A stretch of 64,000 nucleotides of DNA, from the NCBI GenBank assembly GCA_032718475.1, contig JAUCBJ010006937.1, positions 183,788-247,787 on the forward strand, in the 5' to 3' direction. This document shows positions 51,828 to 64,000 of the stretch, piece by piece (the stretch's first letter is position 1; every line of letters starts with the position of its first letter). The position numbers and the translations under genes were made by a program. The notes beneath the pieces were generated by a model, which saw only the letters and a list, made by a program, of their open reading frames with translations, was not told where the DNA came from and did no database searches. The stretch is from Nemertoderma westbladi. Taxonomy: Eukaryota > Animalia > Xenacoelomorpha.

Positions 51828-52696
51828 CACCATAACCCTTAATACAACAACCATTTTTAGGGGGTCGGAGCCCCCCCCCCCCCCTAATTTTTTTAAAATT
51901 TCAATAAAATACTACGAAATTTGGTATGATGAAAGATCGACACATTTTCTTACTGTGGCCTGGCCGGATTTTTCAATTTCTCAGTTATTTTCATACAACA
52001 ATCCCTTAAAAAATGTCTATTTAGCAATGTTTAACCACCTCCGTAGACTTTATTTTACGTCTTTGAAATGTAATCTAGATATTGATCTAGGTACCGCCTT
52101 CGCCTGTTGATTCCGAATCTGAAAACCGTTTTAAATTTAACCAAAAATTGGTAAAAATATTATCAAAATACTAATATGTAAATTCAGAGACTTAAATCGC
52201 TATAATTCTGATGTTTTGTTGTCTTTATTCTAGAATATTAATTATTATTTAGCTGAGCGTTTAAAACTTTCCATCTTGTTTTTTCATTACCCATAATTAA
52301 TATTCTAGAATTGAATTATAGCGAATTACGTCACAAAATTTACACCTTAGTATTTTGATAATATCTCCGGAAGTTATTGATGAAATTTACCACGGGTTTC
52401 ATATTCGGAATCTGCAGATGAAGGCGGTTGTAATGATATCTAGATCTCATTCCAAAGACGAAAAATAAATCCGACGGAGATGGCTAACTATTGCGAAATA
52501 GACGATTTTTAAAGGCTTGTTGTATCGAAATAGCTCATAAATTAAAAAATCCGGCCAGGCCACCAGTAAGAAAAGGTGTCGATCTATCATCATACCAAAT
52601 TTCGCAGCATTTTATTGAAATTTGAAAAAAATAGGGGGGGGGGGGGGGAGGGGCTCCGACCCCCTAAAAATGGTTGTTGTATTAAGGGTTATGGTG
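51828..52696. mobile_element. Complete long-TIR MITE with TA TSD
   Basis: TA|CACCATAACCCTTAATACAACAACC ... GGTTGTTGTATTAAGGGTTATGGTG|TA. Confidence 0.93.
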
Positions 52697-52850
52697 TACT
52701 ATCAAAAGGATGTTTTATAGAACGTAATAAAGGAATACTTTAATCACAAAACAACCGAAAATTCCGGCGTTCCGGTACCGGAATCGGTGATTCCGGCCGG
52801 AACTGGAATCGGTCCAAAACGGCCGGAATTTCGGTACATCCTTAGTGATA

Positions 52851-53109
52851 CTACTACTAGGATCGGCATGCTGCATTGCAGCTGCATTTTTAAGAATGCT
52901 ATGCCGGCTTATCGACAAAATTGCACCGCCACAACTCCCTATCACCCATGACATTTGCTAGATCATCCACATCTTCAAGGCCAGTGTCCTTTAAGATGCG
53001 TCTCAAGAAAGTCATGGGCTGTCCACCATGTTTATTCACTCCATGAGGCTGCCAAAGTACAAGATTATGCACTGGCTGGTCCTCACGGCGAAAGCAATGG
53101 CCTGCAAAG
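52851..53109 (-). mobile_element. Short 3' RTE family B insertion
   Basis: (TAG)n tail; 14-bp TSD CATCCTTAGTGATA (52837-52850 / 53110-53123). Confidence 0.9.
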
Positions 53110-53468
53110 CATCCTTAGTGATAGGTTGTGGTGGCGCAATTTTGTCGACAAGCCGGCACAGCATTCTTACAATGTAAAAACACTATATACCGAAATTTCA
53201 GTCTGGTATTCTTCACATGGGCCCGAAATTCTCTATCGGTCCATCCAAAATAGAATATGTTAAAAATATATCGGTATATTTTATCAGTGACAACCTAAAA
53301 TGGAACGAAACACATCGATTATTCGAATTAAAATTGTAAAAAATATTGGAATTATAAACAAAGAACTTCTTGCCACTAAATATGTTCGGCTTCAATGTCT
53401 CCACGGCACACATTCTGCTTTCAGATATGGGTCTATCAAAACTCACAACTCAACTAAAGAACACCCTC

Positions 53469-53583
53469 CCATTTGGCACCTAATAGCCTGTAGTTACTAA
53501 ACACCTTCCAATTTGGCACCTAATAGCCTGTAGTTACTAAACACCTTCCCATTTGGCACCTAATAGCCTGTAGTTACTAAACT
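53469..53583. repeat. About 39-bp tandem repeat x3
   Basis: ATTTGGCACCTAATAGCCTGTAGTTACTAAACACCTTCC repeated. Confidence 0.9.
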
Positions 53584-54089
53584 ACCGACGCCCATTTTAC
53601 CGACCCAATCCTTTATATCGTACTTGGGCGGCCCCTAAAAAATATAAAACATAAGTTCCCCAGAGACACTCAGTTTCTCATCTTTTCGTTATTTTAATTT
53701 AAAAACCATAAAGGTTCTGGTTTAGGATCTTTAATTAGCGCAATAAATGTATAAACCTTGAGGAATACTGTGCCCCCCCCCAACGGGTAACCCTATTAAA
53801 CCGCCAATAACTAGCCAATTATAAGAACTGTATTGGGAATGTCGAAGCTGTTGAGGGTTTTCTGCATATATGATATTTCTATCTGGAATATTTTATTTAT
53901 GCAAAAAATATATACAAGACGCACCTTGTGTGGTTGCTAGGGAACCTCCTGGCCTACAAGGTACAGGTCGGGACTTGTCATCGACACCAACAGAGTCATC
54001 CGCTGGAAAATAAACAATATCAAACTAAAGTAAACATGGCGACCCGATGTAATGGGGGCGAGCCATACTGCGTTGCTATAAAACTTAGT

Positions 54090-56940
54090 ATGGAAATTAG
54101 TTTGTTTTGAAATTAATTTGATTGAGTTTACCCCCTTCGAAGAGGATTCGAAATATGTAACAATATCTAAATTTCGTTGAGAAATAGCCGTTCAAAGATT
54201 GCAAGAATTATTGTTCGCTACAGGCCATTTATTATATTTAATAAATACACAAAATTCTAGAATGTGTTATTTATTTTATGAGTTGGTTGGCAACAGCGGT
54301 ATTCCTATCCAATATATCTACTGCGTAGCTAATCATACATAAACAAAATGTTCCAGAACATTGTGTATTTATTAAATAGAATAAATGGCCTTCAGCGAAC
54401 GATAATTATTGCAATCTTTGAACGCCTATATCTCAGTTGTTTCTCAACGACATTCAGATATTGTTACATATTTGGAATCCATCCTTGCAACGCAAACTTT
54501 CTAATGATATGAATATTACGACTAATGTGAAGAATGGCCACGATACGGAGGGTGCGATTTCGCAAAATACATTTTTTTAAAACGCCTATAAAAATGATTT
54601 AAAGGCAAAATCGAAAATTCCGGCTTCATGGGGTCATCGACGGTGAGTGGAACTAGTGGTGTTTCAAATTTCAAGCAATATGATAAAGATTTGTAGAAAA
54701 ATCTGGGGGGGGGGGGGGGGGGGTCCGTGTCATCAGAAAATGACACTATATTACGGTATCATTAGAAAGCTTGCCTTGCAAGGAATCCAAATATGTAACA
54801 ATGTTTGAATTTCGTTGAGACACAGCTGAGATATTTATGTTCAAAGATTGCAAGAATTATCGTTCGCTGGAGGCTATTTATTATATTTAATAAATACACA
54901 AAATTCTAGAATGTGTTATTTATTTTAGTAGTTGTTGGGAAACAGCGGTATTCATATTCATTATCCAATATATCTAATGCATAGCTATTCATACTTAAAC
55001 AAAATGTTCCAGAACATAAGTATTTTTTAAATCGAATAAATGGATAGTGTGATAATGGAGTGTCTTTGTAGACTTTGAAAAAGCATTTGACAAATTGAAC
55101 CGTGTCAAGCTTATAATTAAACTTCACAAACTTGGTGTCAGCACTACGTTCCTGAAAGCTCTTTGGGCTATTATTTGTGTAAATTGTATCTTGGTTGTCA
55201 TTGGTTCACTTGTTACTTCTCCTATTACCCAGACAGACAATTGGTGTCCTTCAGGATGACAAAATGTCCCCTCATTTATTCGCACTTTTCGTCGCTGATC
55301 ACCCCGCTGCGTTGATTTTTACGGGAGTGCTTAGTGCTCACGTATGCTGACGATCTAGTGATAGTGGCTGATACCATCGAGCAAACACAGGACGCACTTA
55401 ATAGACTGTCATCTTACTGCAAAAATAACTCGCTGTCTGTCAACATTACAAAGACGGAGGCTGTGAAATTCCGCCGTGGTGGCCGATTGGCTGTTGCTGA
55501 CAAGTTTACATATAACAACAAGCAAATCAAATTTGTTTCCGGTTTCAACTACCTTGGTATTGTATAATAACTGCATTTAACTCGAATTCTGAACACCTAA
55601 AACATCGCTACAGTAAGGCTATTGCTGCCGCTGTCAGTCTATCCATCAAAGTAGACCGGCAAATAGTCTCACTGTCGTCAACGATGTGCCTCTACCAACA
55701 TGTGATCATTCCTTCTGCATTATACGGAGTGCCAGAGGTTTTAACCTAGATAGGGACAGCCGATCTGATTCAAGCTCACCTACGAAAGATCAAAGAGTTT
55801 TATTTCGAGTTGTGGGCAGGAGTTAGCAAGTTCTCGTCTTCCACTTCTGTTTTAAATGCTATAGAAGACACATCCTGTGACCCTCGGAAACTAACTCCTA
55901 CCAGATTATCTGGTTTTCGTCGACGCTTCGTGGCACAACATCTGAGCATCGGGCATCACTATCTGCTCTTTTTTGACTCGCGCTGTTGGAGACCAAAACT
56001 GACCTGTGTCTGTAAACTCTGCGGAGCGGCAGCAGGCTCACCAGACCATCTACTGTCCGATTGTTCCTGGGCTGAACCGGCGACAGGAGATTCCCTGCTT
56101 GCACGACTAAAAAAAGGTACATGAGGCAATAGCAACCCTGACAAACTGAGCAGAATCTGTCATTAGTATGCCTATAGTATATGAAATAGTACTCCCCTGT
56201 AATGTGCATGTCAAATGTCTTGTCCTAAGCACATATTTATAATATATAGTAATAGAATAAATGGCCTTCAGCGATGGAAAGTTCTTGCAATCTTTGAACT
56301 AAATCTCCGCTGTTTCTCAACGAAATTCAGATATTATTACATATTTGGAATCCCTGCAACGCAAGCTTTCTAATGAGATAAAAGATTGTTCACTAATGTA
56401 AAGAATGGTGACGATAGGAGATGTGCAATTTCGCAAAAGACCCCCCATTTATTATATTTAATAAATACACAATATTCTAGAACGTGTTATTTATTTTAAG
56501 AGTTGGTAGGCAACAGCAGAATGCCTATCCAATAGATCTATTGCCTAGCTATTCATACTTAAACAAAATGTTCCAAAACAACGTGTATTTATTAAATAGA
56601 ATAAATGGCCTTCAGCGAAGGATAATTCTTTCAATCTTTAAACCCCTATATCTCAGCTGTTTCTAAACGAAACTCAGATTTGGAATCTTTGCAACGCAAG
56701 CTTTCCAATGACATCTACAAACTGAGGCCAATGTAAAGAATGGCCATGATACGGAGGCCGTGCGATTTCGCAAAAAAAAATTTCAAAACCCTTATAAAAA
56801 CATTTACAGGCAAAATATAAAATTTCAACTTCATGTGACATCGACGGTGAGTGGAACTAGTTGTGTTTCAAATTCTAAGCATTATGATAAAGATTTGTAG
56901 AAAAATTTGGGGGGGGGGGGGGGTGGGGAGTTCCATGGTG
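54090..56940. mobile_element. Cluster of related fold-back MITE copies
   Basis: Repeated GGCCATTTATTATATTTAATAAATACAC / ATAGAATAAATGGCC palindromic modules; right end TTCCATGGTG|TA at 56940. A related copy lies at 63000-63480. Confidence 0.75.
55044..56250 (+). mobile_element. 5'-truncated degraded LINE (RT plus C-terminal CCHC knuckle; clade uncertain, RTEX/Proto2-like)
   Basis: FVDFEKAFD, GVLQDD..SP.LF, YADDL, FNYLG, CKLC.......HLLSDC; GAATAAATGG duplicated at both ends. Confidence 0.78.
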
Positions 56941-57230
56941 TACAATTGTACGAAATAATTATGACCCTTTAAATTATCTACGGCTACTATTTAATTTATA
57001 AATGATAAATTATAATTTTATTATATATAATTTTTAATGAATTTCGAATTAAAGTTAATTGGAATTTCTGAGTAAATTGTTGTGTTTTACTGTAGTACTG
57101 GTTGGTTGGTACCTCATTGGGGCGGTTATACTTTATCTTTTAGAAAAAAAATATCCTGGATAATCATAAAATTAACAACATTATCACTCCATGTAATTTT
57201 GGAAAAAGTTTTTTAGATCGATAAAAGTAA

Positions 57231-57558
57231 TGATTCAATTATTAATTATATGTTCAGATATTATAAGATATTATAAATATATTTCGGGCACAAATAATGT
57301 CCATTATCAATATAATAAGTACTGGAATAGGTACAACTATCATACCGGTGTGCAATTTTTTACATTCAGTAGTTCTATAGTTAGTGCTTAGTGGTCATAT
57401 TTACTGTACCGGTATCATACCGTAGACTAGACCTACATCCATACCCTGATAGTTGTACCTATTCCAGTACTTATTATATTGATAATGGACATTATTTGTG
57501 CCCGAAATATATTTATAATATCTTATAATATCTGAACATATAATTAATAATTGAATCA
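57231..57558. repeat. Perfect about 110-bp inverted repeat with about 105-bp spacer
   Basis: TGATTCAATT...ACAACTATCA (57231-57342) vs TGATAGTTGT...AATTGAATCA (57447-57558). Confidence 0.93.
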
Positions 57559-58191
57559 CTCCATGTAATATTTATAAATATAATATAATTTTAATAATTC
57601 AATTGAATATAAATGTTCCACAAAGATATATGGTAAAAACAGCTGATGAAATAATAATGAATTAAAACTAACTTGGTTTTGTTGGTTTGGTGCCCAATGG
57701 GACAGTCAGACGTTCATCACCACAACGGTCATTGTCAACTAAATAAAATAAATAATATTATTTAAATCTAATCTCCAAACAAGGGGGGGGGGGGGGGGGT
57801 CTGGCTTAGTATCTCGATCATTCCCTAAATATCCGTTAATGGCACAAAATCTTTTTGGTGTGTTTAAAAAATTCAATTAATTTCAAATATTAAGGGAAAG
57901 AAGCAGGTTAAAGGGCGGTTTTCTAACCAAAACAGTAAGAATAAACGAACTTTATTTTATTGAAGCAGTCGGTTTGCGACACTATCTGCATAAGTAACTA
58001 TGATGTAGTGATATATCTTTATATTTTATTACATTGGGTAACAATACAGTTTTAAGGTTTTCACAATTTAAGCGCCCTCTAGTATTCAATTCATCCTACA
58101 TACATCATATCTACATCATCATCTACATACATATATACATACACACCTACATACACCACATATAAGAAAATACGAATATAAATTATTTGTA

Positions 58192-58640
58192 CCGGGGGAT
58201 TAATACTTTGGGGACTGCCCTTGAAACACTTTTATATACACCGCTTATTTTATGAAACACTAATTAACACATTAACACAAATTTTTTCATAAACGTTTTT
58301 TCTACTGACTGACTGTCTGACCATATAGTTTCCCTTAATTGGTAAAGTGATCGTTTATTGTTTTGGTTAGAAAAGCCCGTATTTGTAACCTGATCCTTTC
58401 CCTCAATTGGTAAAGTGGCCGTTTATTGTTTGTGTTAGAAAAGCCTGCCACTGTAACCTGCCCCTTTCCCTCAATTGGTTTATTATTACACTTATAAAAA
58501 AATACGTTTATAAAAAAAATTGTAAAAAAAGTGTAGGGCCTATAATAAAATAAGCGCATTTTAAGCGGTATAGTGTATACCGTAGGGTACCGGTATATAA
58601 AAGTGTTTAAAGGGACGGTTCCTAAAGTAATTATACCCTG
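58192..58640. mobile_element. Tc1/mariner-type MITE
   Basis: TA|CCGGGG...AAACACTTTTATATA ... TATATAAAAGTGTTT...CCCTG|TA. Confidence 0.7.
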
Positions 58641-58930
58641 TACCGGTATTAATGATATTATACAATACGAAAACTAAAACTAATGATATTCATCTTTACT
58701 TCTTTAGGCCCCTAATTGATATTTAAGGTTTTTATTTTTATTTTTAAAATTTAACTTATTAAGCAGCTAGTTATTATACAGTTAACGGTATAAAATTACT
58801 TAATTAATTAATTACTACAACCACCATCGCAACATACTGACATACGACAATCAGACAACGGCAACTAACCTAGCGCTCAAATCAGTTTTGTACAAACCAC
58901 TGGCAGTGGCAATGGTTAGATACTGCAGTA

Positions 58931-59126
58931 CAGGGGACCTCTCTTGAATGCAGTCAGCAGTGTGCAGACAGTTCTGCAGTTTTCTGCATTCTATTTGCAA
59001 TTTTCTGCTCTTTTATTTTTTCAAATCGTTTATTGTTTTGGTTCCTTTCTGCTTCCTTTATTTTTCAATTTTTTTCGTGATTTGTTGTGATTCTGAAATC
59101 AGCAGGCAGGAGGGTCCCCTTCCCTG
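58931..59126. mobile_element. Small TA-flanked MITE
   Basis: TA|CAGGGGACCTCTC ... GAGGGTCCCCTTCCCTG|TA. Confidence 0.55.
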
Positions 59127-59782
59127 TATCTAACCAGTGCCCAAACCTACAAACCACTTACGTCACGTACGTCTACACATTTTTTTATATACAGTAGGCC
59201 TAATTTAATTGTATGACTGCGAAATTTCCGACATTGCACATTGTTGCCATAGATAGATGACCCGAAGAATAGTTAATTTTAAAATTATACCCCTACCCAC
59301 TACCTCTGCTACCTAGCACACTCAGAAACTCTGACACTAGCAGCCTAGTACTCAACAGTGTTGAATCAATTACTTCGTCAACACTTAATTAAATATAAAA
59401 ATATAAAACTACGATACCTGTACCGGTACAAGAATAATTACATATGCCAGTATGCCTACCACTGTAATAATAACTAGGCCTAATAGCCTACTGTAATAGA
59501 CTGATAGGGTAGGCTATTGCACGAAGAAGGCATAAAAATAGAGTCAAAAGTAAAAATATCATCTTTATAATGTAACTTAAACTTCTAGCTGTCTAGGGCT
59601 GTAGGGGCCTACATATCAAAACATGCTGACATGCTAACAGGTAGGCCTAACTGCTAACAGCCAGACAGCCGGCATTATTATAGTTCTGTAGTTAGCCAGT
59701 TACGTAGTACAGTAGTAGGCCTACAGCTGTACAGTAGTAGACAGTGAGTCTGAGTGAAAAAAATGTAAACAAAAAAACACAC

Positions 59783-60059
59783 CCGTTATACGCAGACTTT
59801 GATGTCGATGGGTTCCGGATGAAGTTATGTTTGCGGGGGAGGCTGTGCGAGAAGTGCCGGTCCCAGTAGCGGCACCAGTACTGGTGCAGGTTCCAGTGCC
59901 GGTACCAACACCAGTACCGGAAGCCGTACTTTTACTGGCACCCGAACCAGTACCGGCACCCGTACCGGATCCAATTTGCCTAAACGATGATGTACCAACC
60001 AAACCCTCATCTTCTTCATTATCATTATCCCATTTTGATTTTACTATAGGCCTATCCAT
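59783..60059 (-). CDS. Candidate first coding exon, MDRPIVKSKWDNDNEEDEG followed by a Gly/Thr/Ser-rich tract
   Basis: TATCAG acceptor just upstream of the ATG (exon starts 60063), GC-rich open frame, possible donor G|GTGTGT at 59783; no downstream exons recognised. Confidence 0.45.
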
Positions 60060-60399
60060 AATCCTGATAATCTATTCATGCTATTACCAGATTACAGTCT
60101 GACAGTATTAAACGGCTGAACGGTCCTAGCGCAGTAGCGGTGGTACTGAAGTAGCAATGTAACAGCTGAACAGTTCCCTAACACTGTACAGCTGTAACAC
60201 ACTAACTGCACTGTGACTGTACCTAGTCCTGCAGTCCATAGCACAAAGTCACTACTGCACTGAGTCAGTACAGCAGTAGCAGTACGGCAGTACGGCACCG
60301 GTACCTCTATTAATTACAAATTAGTCAGCCTACACATTGCCGCAGTGCCAGTCTGCCAATCGTAACAATACAGATATGGGGCGCCGTTCTGGTCAAATG

Positions 60400-60822
60400 C
60401 ACATGTCATTCTCGCGACGAGATATCATTCTCGCGACGAGATATCATTCTCGCGGCGAGATGTCATTCTCGCGGCGAGATGTCATTCTCGCGACGAGATG
60501 TCATTCTCGCGACGAGATGTCTATTACAGTAGGTTCCTGGGAAATGCTGGCCACCTGAATGGTTTTTTAGTTATACAGTAGTGTGTCGAGTTGAGAATGT
60601 TTTCCTTGTTTTTTTGTGACCAAAAAACGAGAATGACATCTTACTGCGAGAATGACATCTCGCTGCGAGAATGACATCTCGATGCGAGATTCTCGCAGCG
60701 AGAACACATTCTCGGTGCGAGAAGTCAATCTCGCTGCGAGATTCTCGCAGCGAGAACACATTCTCGGTGCGAGAAGTCAATCTCGCTGCGAGAATGTATT
60801 CTCGCAATAGCGAGAATACCCT
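60400..60822. repeat. Two inverted arrays of about 20-bp CATTCTCGCGRCGAGATGT units (probable DNA-transposon subterminal repeats)
   Basis: Arrays at 60403-60520 and 60629-60820 in opposite orientation; ends CCCT-TAA. Confidence 0.75.
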
Positions 60823-61015
60823 TAATATCGTTATACCCTTATTTGTCTTTATATATTAACTATGAAAATCATATCTTTAATTCAAATCAATAAAAAAATA
60901 AAAATAAACACATTCAGTTAATCCGCTTTGGTCATGTTAACATATTTGCAATATCTTGTAAACCAAATCTACTGTACTGCCAACCAAACTGCTTTTGATG
61001 TTAAACTACTGCTTT

Positions 61016-61290
61016 TCAAAATCTGAAAGAGTTAAGTGTTATTCCCGTTGTAAACCCCTTTGAATGTTTACACCCAATTAGCACATGTTCCTCATCCTGT
61101 AAGGATTTTCCATCCCAACTGCATACACTCTCTCTCTGTGAAGCCTTTGAATTGCAAATTGAGCTTGGTTGGCCCTGTTTCAATCCGATATTGCTTATGA
61201 ATTCAATAGAGTTGTTATAGTACATACTGCGTACATGTAGATGATATAGATCTGCACATTGCTTTGCCACAACCCGTTGTCTGCCACGGT
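61016..61290 (-). mobile_element. LINE fragment with large internal deletion
   Basis: NIGLKQG (RT motif) fused to R..C...QDEEHVLIGC (C-terminal knuckle). Confidence 0.55.
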
Positions 61291-61634
61291 ATATAGTTCC
61301 CGCATTCATTTGGCTGGATCGCCCCTTTTAAATAGAACAACTAGTCGTGATATAGACCATGAAACAGGGTAAGAACCATACTATACTCAGATATCCAGTA
61401 AAAATCCAAACCAAAGTCATTAACCATGCCACAGGTTCAGTGGCGGATCTAGGATTTCTCCAAGGGGGGGGGGGGGGGGGGGGGGGCACGACCAAGTGAA
61501 AAAAAAAATTATATATCATCTATTATAGCGACAGGAAATTTGACACTAGTGGTCGAATTTCTGGTTGAAAATGATGAACTCGGGGTTTTGTGGGTTTTAT
61601 ATCTTTCAATATTAAATTATTCAATTTTAATTAA

Positions 61635-61980
61635 CCCTTTACTGCATGAATTATTGATGCTCCATAGAAAAAAATTATTTTGGTGTTTTTCAGTCATTTG
61701 GGTGTAAAAAAACTAAAAATTGGGAAAATTTTTTTTTAAAAATATACTAGCACTTTTTTCACCACTGTTGCACTAGTGCAACATCATGCATAAAGGGTAT
61801 AGAAATATACATAATATTTGGCGAATTGTAAAGATGATTGTTTTCTTGATTCTTGTGTTGTATGGTTTTATGAGGGTTATGAATTCCATGGAATATATAA
61901 AAATGGCATGAGACATCTCAAAATTCTATATTTCAGCGGTAGGTCGAAAATTTGGTGCTAGCACCAATTTTTGAAAATCC
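61635..61980. mobile_element. piggyBac-like left end fragment
   Basis: TTAA|CCCTTT start; contains AAATTTGGTGCTAGCACC as in 18244-19816. Confidence 0.55.
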
Positions 61981-63558
61981 TTGCTGCCATACAGAAGAAA
62001 TTATAAATGATGTTTCCTCTGATCAGTACTTGGTTGATTCTGAATAGACTCTTTCCTACATGCCATTACCTCGTGTTTCAGCATGCCGTTCCAGTCAGTA
62101 AATTTTACATGACAGAGATGTGTTATATAAATTAATGTTATTTTTTTCCAAGAAATTTCAATATTGGTTTCATTGAAGTCAATATCTGCATTAGTTGTAT
62201 GTAACACTTCTGATATCCATTCTCCATTCACATTACATGATTGCTACTCGTTTCGATGTTTGAATCGATATTTTTATTGCAGCTGTACTTCACCAAACTC
62301 ATTAGCGTCTCTCTCCAACACCACCAATGGTTGGATATAAGGGATATCCAACGACAAGGCTATTGGAGTCTGTTTGGATTTGATTGATTGATTGGACAGC
62401 AAAAATGAAAATGTAACCTGAGTTCGTAACTCTCGTATATTGTTTTGGTTAGAATAATCTTACACTGTAACCTGTTCCTTTACCTCAATTAATAATTAAC
62501 ATTAATTAGCTTTAATAATGGTTGTCGGCGTTGGTTGTCGGCTATCGGTTGTCGGCACTATAGCGTTTACACTCATACAGTCTCTTGGGATGCCTGGATA
62601 TGACGGCGTAATCAAGTTCACTCACCCAGGTAGTCCTGGGTGAAGTGGGTGAAGTCCCTCTTCTAAATGATAGATCTCTACCACATATTACTTTACCACT
62701 ATTCAGTGAATTATAATTATCATACCACAGTTAGTTAGGTAATTGCTAATAATTTCTAAAATTGACAGAGTTGGGATTAGTTCAGAGCGCTTTTATTTTT
62801 TTTAGAATAATATTTTAATGCACGAAACGTCACAACAAAACATAATTATTACGAATTCAGTACAGTACTAACTCCTCCACCACTACCTACTGTATAGCTA
62901 TATAGGGCCTGTATAACATGCGTCTGTCATACATAATACTCAATATAATACTAATAATAATAAATACGCGTTTTAAATAATGTGTCTTTTGCTAAATTTC
63001 ACCCTTCATATCATCGCCATTATTCACATTAGCCGTGATTTATTTATATCATTAGAAATATGTAACAAAGTCAGAATTTCGTTGACAAACACCTGGGATA
63101 TAGGCGGTCAAAGATTGCAAGAGTTATCGTTCGATGGATGCCCTCAATTTATTATATTTAATAAATACACAACATTCTAGAACGTGATATTTATCTCATG
63201 AGTATGTGTGCAACTAACAACGGTATGCCTACGCAATATCACTAGTGCGTAATGAGTAGCTGCACATACATAAACAAAATGTTCCAGAACGTTGTGATAT
63301 TATGAAATAGAATACAATTCCTCATGGTTACGATGTTTTTTGCAATCTTTAAATGGTTTCCGTATATCTCAGCTGTTTTTCCACGAAATTCATACATTGT
63401 TTCAATTTTCAAGCATTAAAGATTTGTATAAAAATTGGGGGGTGGGAGGGTGGGTGGGGTCCGTGTCATCAGAAATGAAACTGGCCAAAAATTACGGATT
63501 ATTTACATTTAGTACTCTAAATGTTAGGTCAACTATTAAGTGCAATGTCTACTAAATG

Positions 63559-64000
63559 CACCATGTCCTGGAATATAGTGTCGTTATTCAGGTACACCCC
63601 CCCCCCCCCCTCCCCCACCACAAATTTTTCTACAAATCTTAATGAGATTGAATGAAATTAGAAGCAGAGATTGTTTCACTTACTTCCCTTCTCCCTGGGT
63701 GTGCCGGAGATTATTATTTTTTCATCTTTAGCTACAAGCGTTTAAAAAAAGGTGTCTCCGGGGATATTACACCAGTTACACCGCAGTTATTTGTCAACCT
63801 TATAGTGATTTATTGGAACCAATGGAAAACGCGCACGCAAGGATTCAAAAAATACAAAACATTTGAATTTGGTTGGGAAATAGCTGAGATATGGGAAGTC
63901 GGAAGTTGCATGTACTTGCTTCCTATGCAAGCCATTTATTCTATTTAATCAATATACCATATTCTGGAACATTTTGTTTATCCAATACGCAGCTGGGCAA
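63559..64000. mobile_element. Second copy of the 40091-40954 MITE, cut by the window end
   Basis: CACCATGTCCTGGAATATAGTGTCGTTATTCAGGTAC is identical to the start at 40091. Confidence 0.9.

Larger units (their letters stand above)
49659..52844. mobile_element. hAT-type non-autonomous element with nested inserts
   Basis: TIR TAGGGATG ... CATCCTTA, CCGGAA subterminal repeats, 8-bp TSD GTGATAGG (49651-49658 / 53118-53125). Confidence 0.8.
48840..53170 (+). mobile_element. RTE LINE family B diverged copy (48840-49658, resumes 53118-53170)
   Basis: Homologous to the other family B copies; interrupted at GTGATAGG. Confidence 0.85.

Noticed and set aside
569-63948. Most short ORF-track calls
   Set aside because: They are antisense or alternate frames of TE genes, MITE interiors or low-complexity DNA, often with non-ATG starts.

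Overview
AT-rich, repeat-dense eukaryotic DNA, almost certainly an invertebrate animal; it is not prokaryotic, and many ORF-track calls are artefacts of GTG/TTG starts or antisense frames. Two host genes are clear. Both are intronless in the CDS and lie head-to-head: TFIIIA (gtf3a, 9 zinc fingers, minus strand) and a MANSC-domain LRP11-like membrane protein (plus strand). There are also a few isolated candidate exons. The rest is nested mobile DNA: the 3' end of a BEL/Pao LTR retrotransposon followed by two long decayed ORFs of unknown function, a Gypsy integrase fragment, two RTE LINE families, L2/Crack-type LINEs, three tRNA-derived SINEs, a near-complete Neptune-type Penelope-like element with a hammerhead ribozyme and an inverted terminal repeat, and many MITEs (TA, TAA, TTAA and 8-bp TSD types). 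The best leads are the ribozyme/terminal-repeat geometry of the Penelope element, the accessory ORFs behind the BEL integrase, a SINE-LINE 3' RNA structure with five compensatory base-pair changes, and a dispersed repeat with a degenerate hammerhead next to a conserved pseudoknot. All assignments come from reading the sequence; no searches were run.
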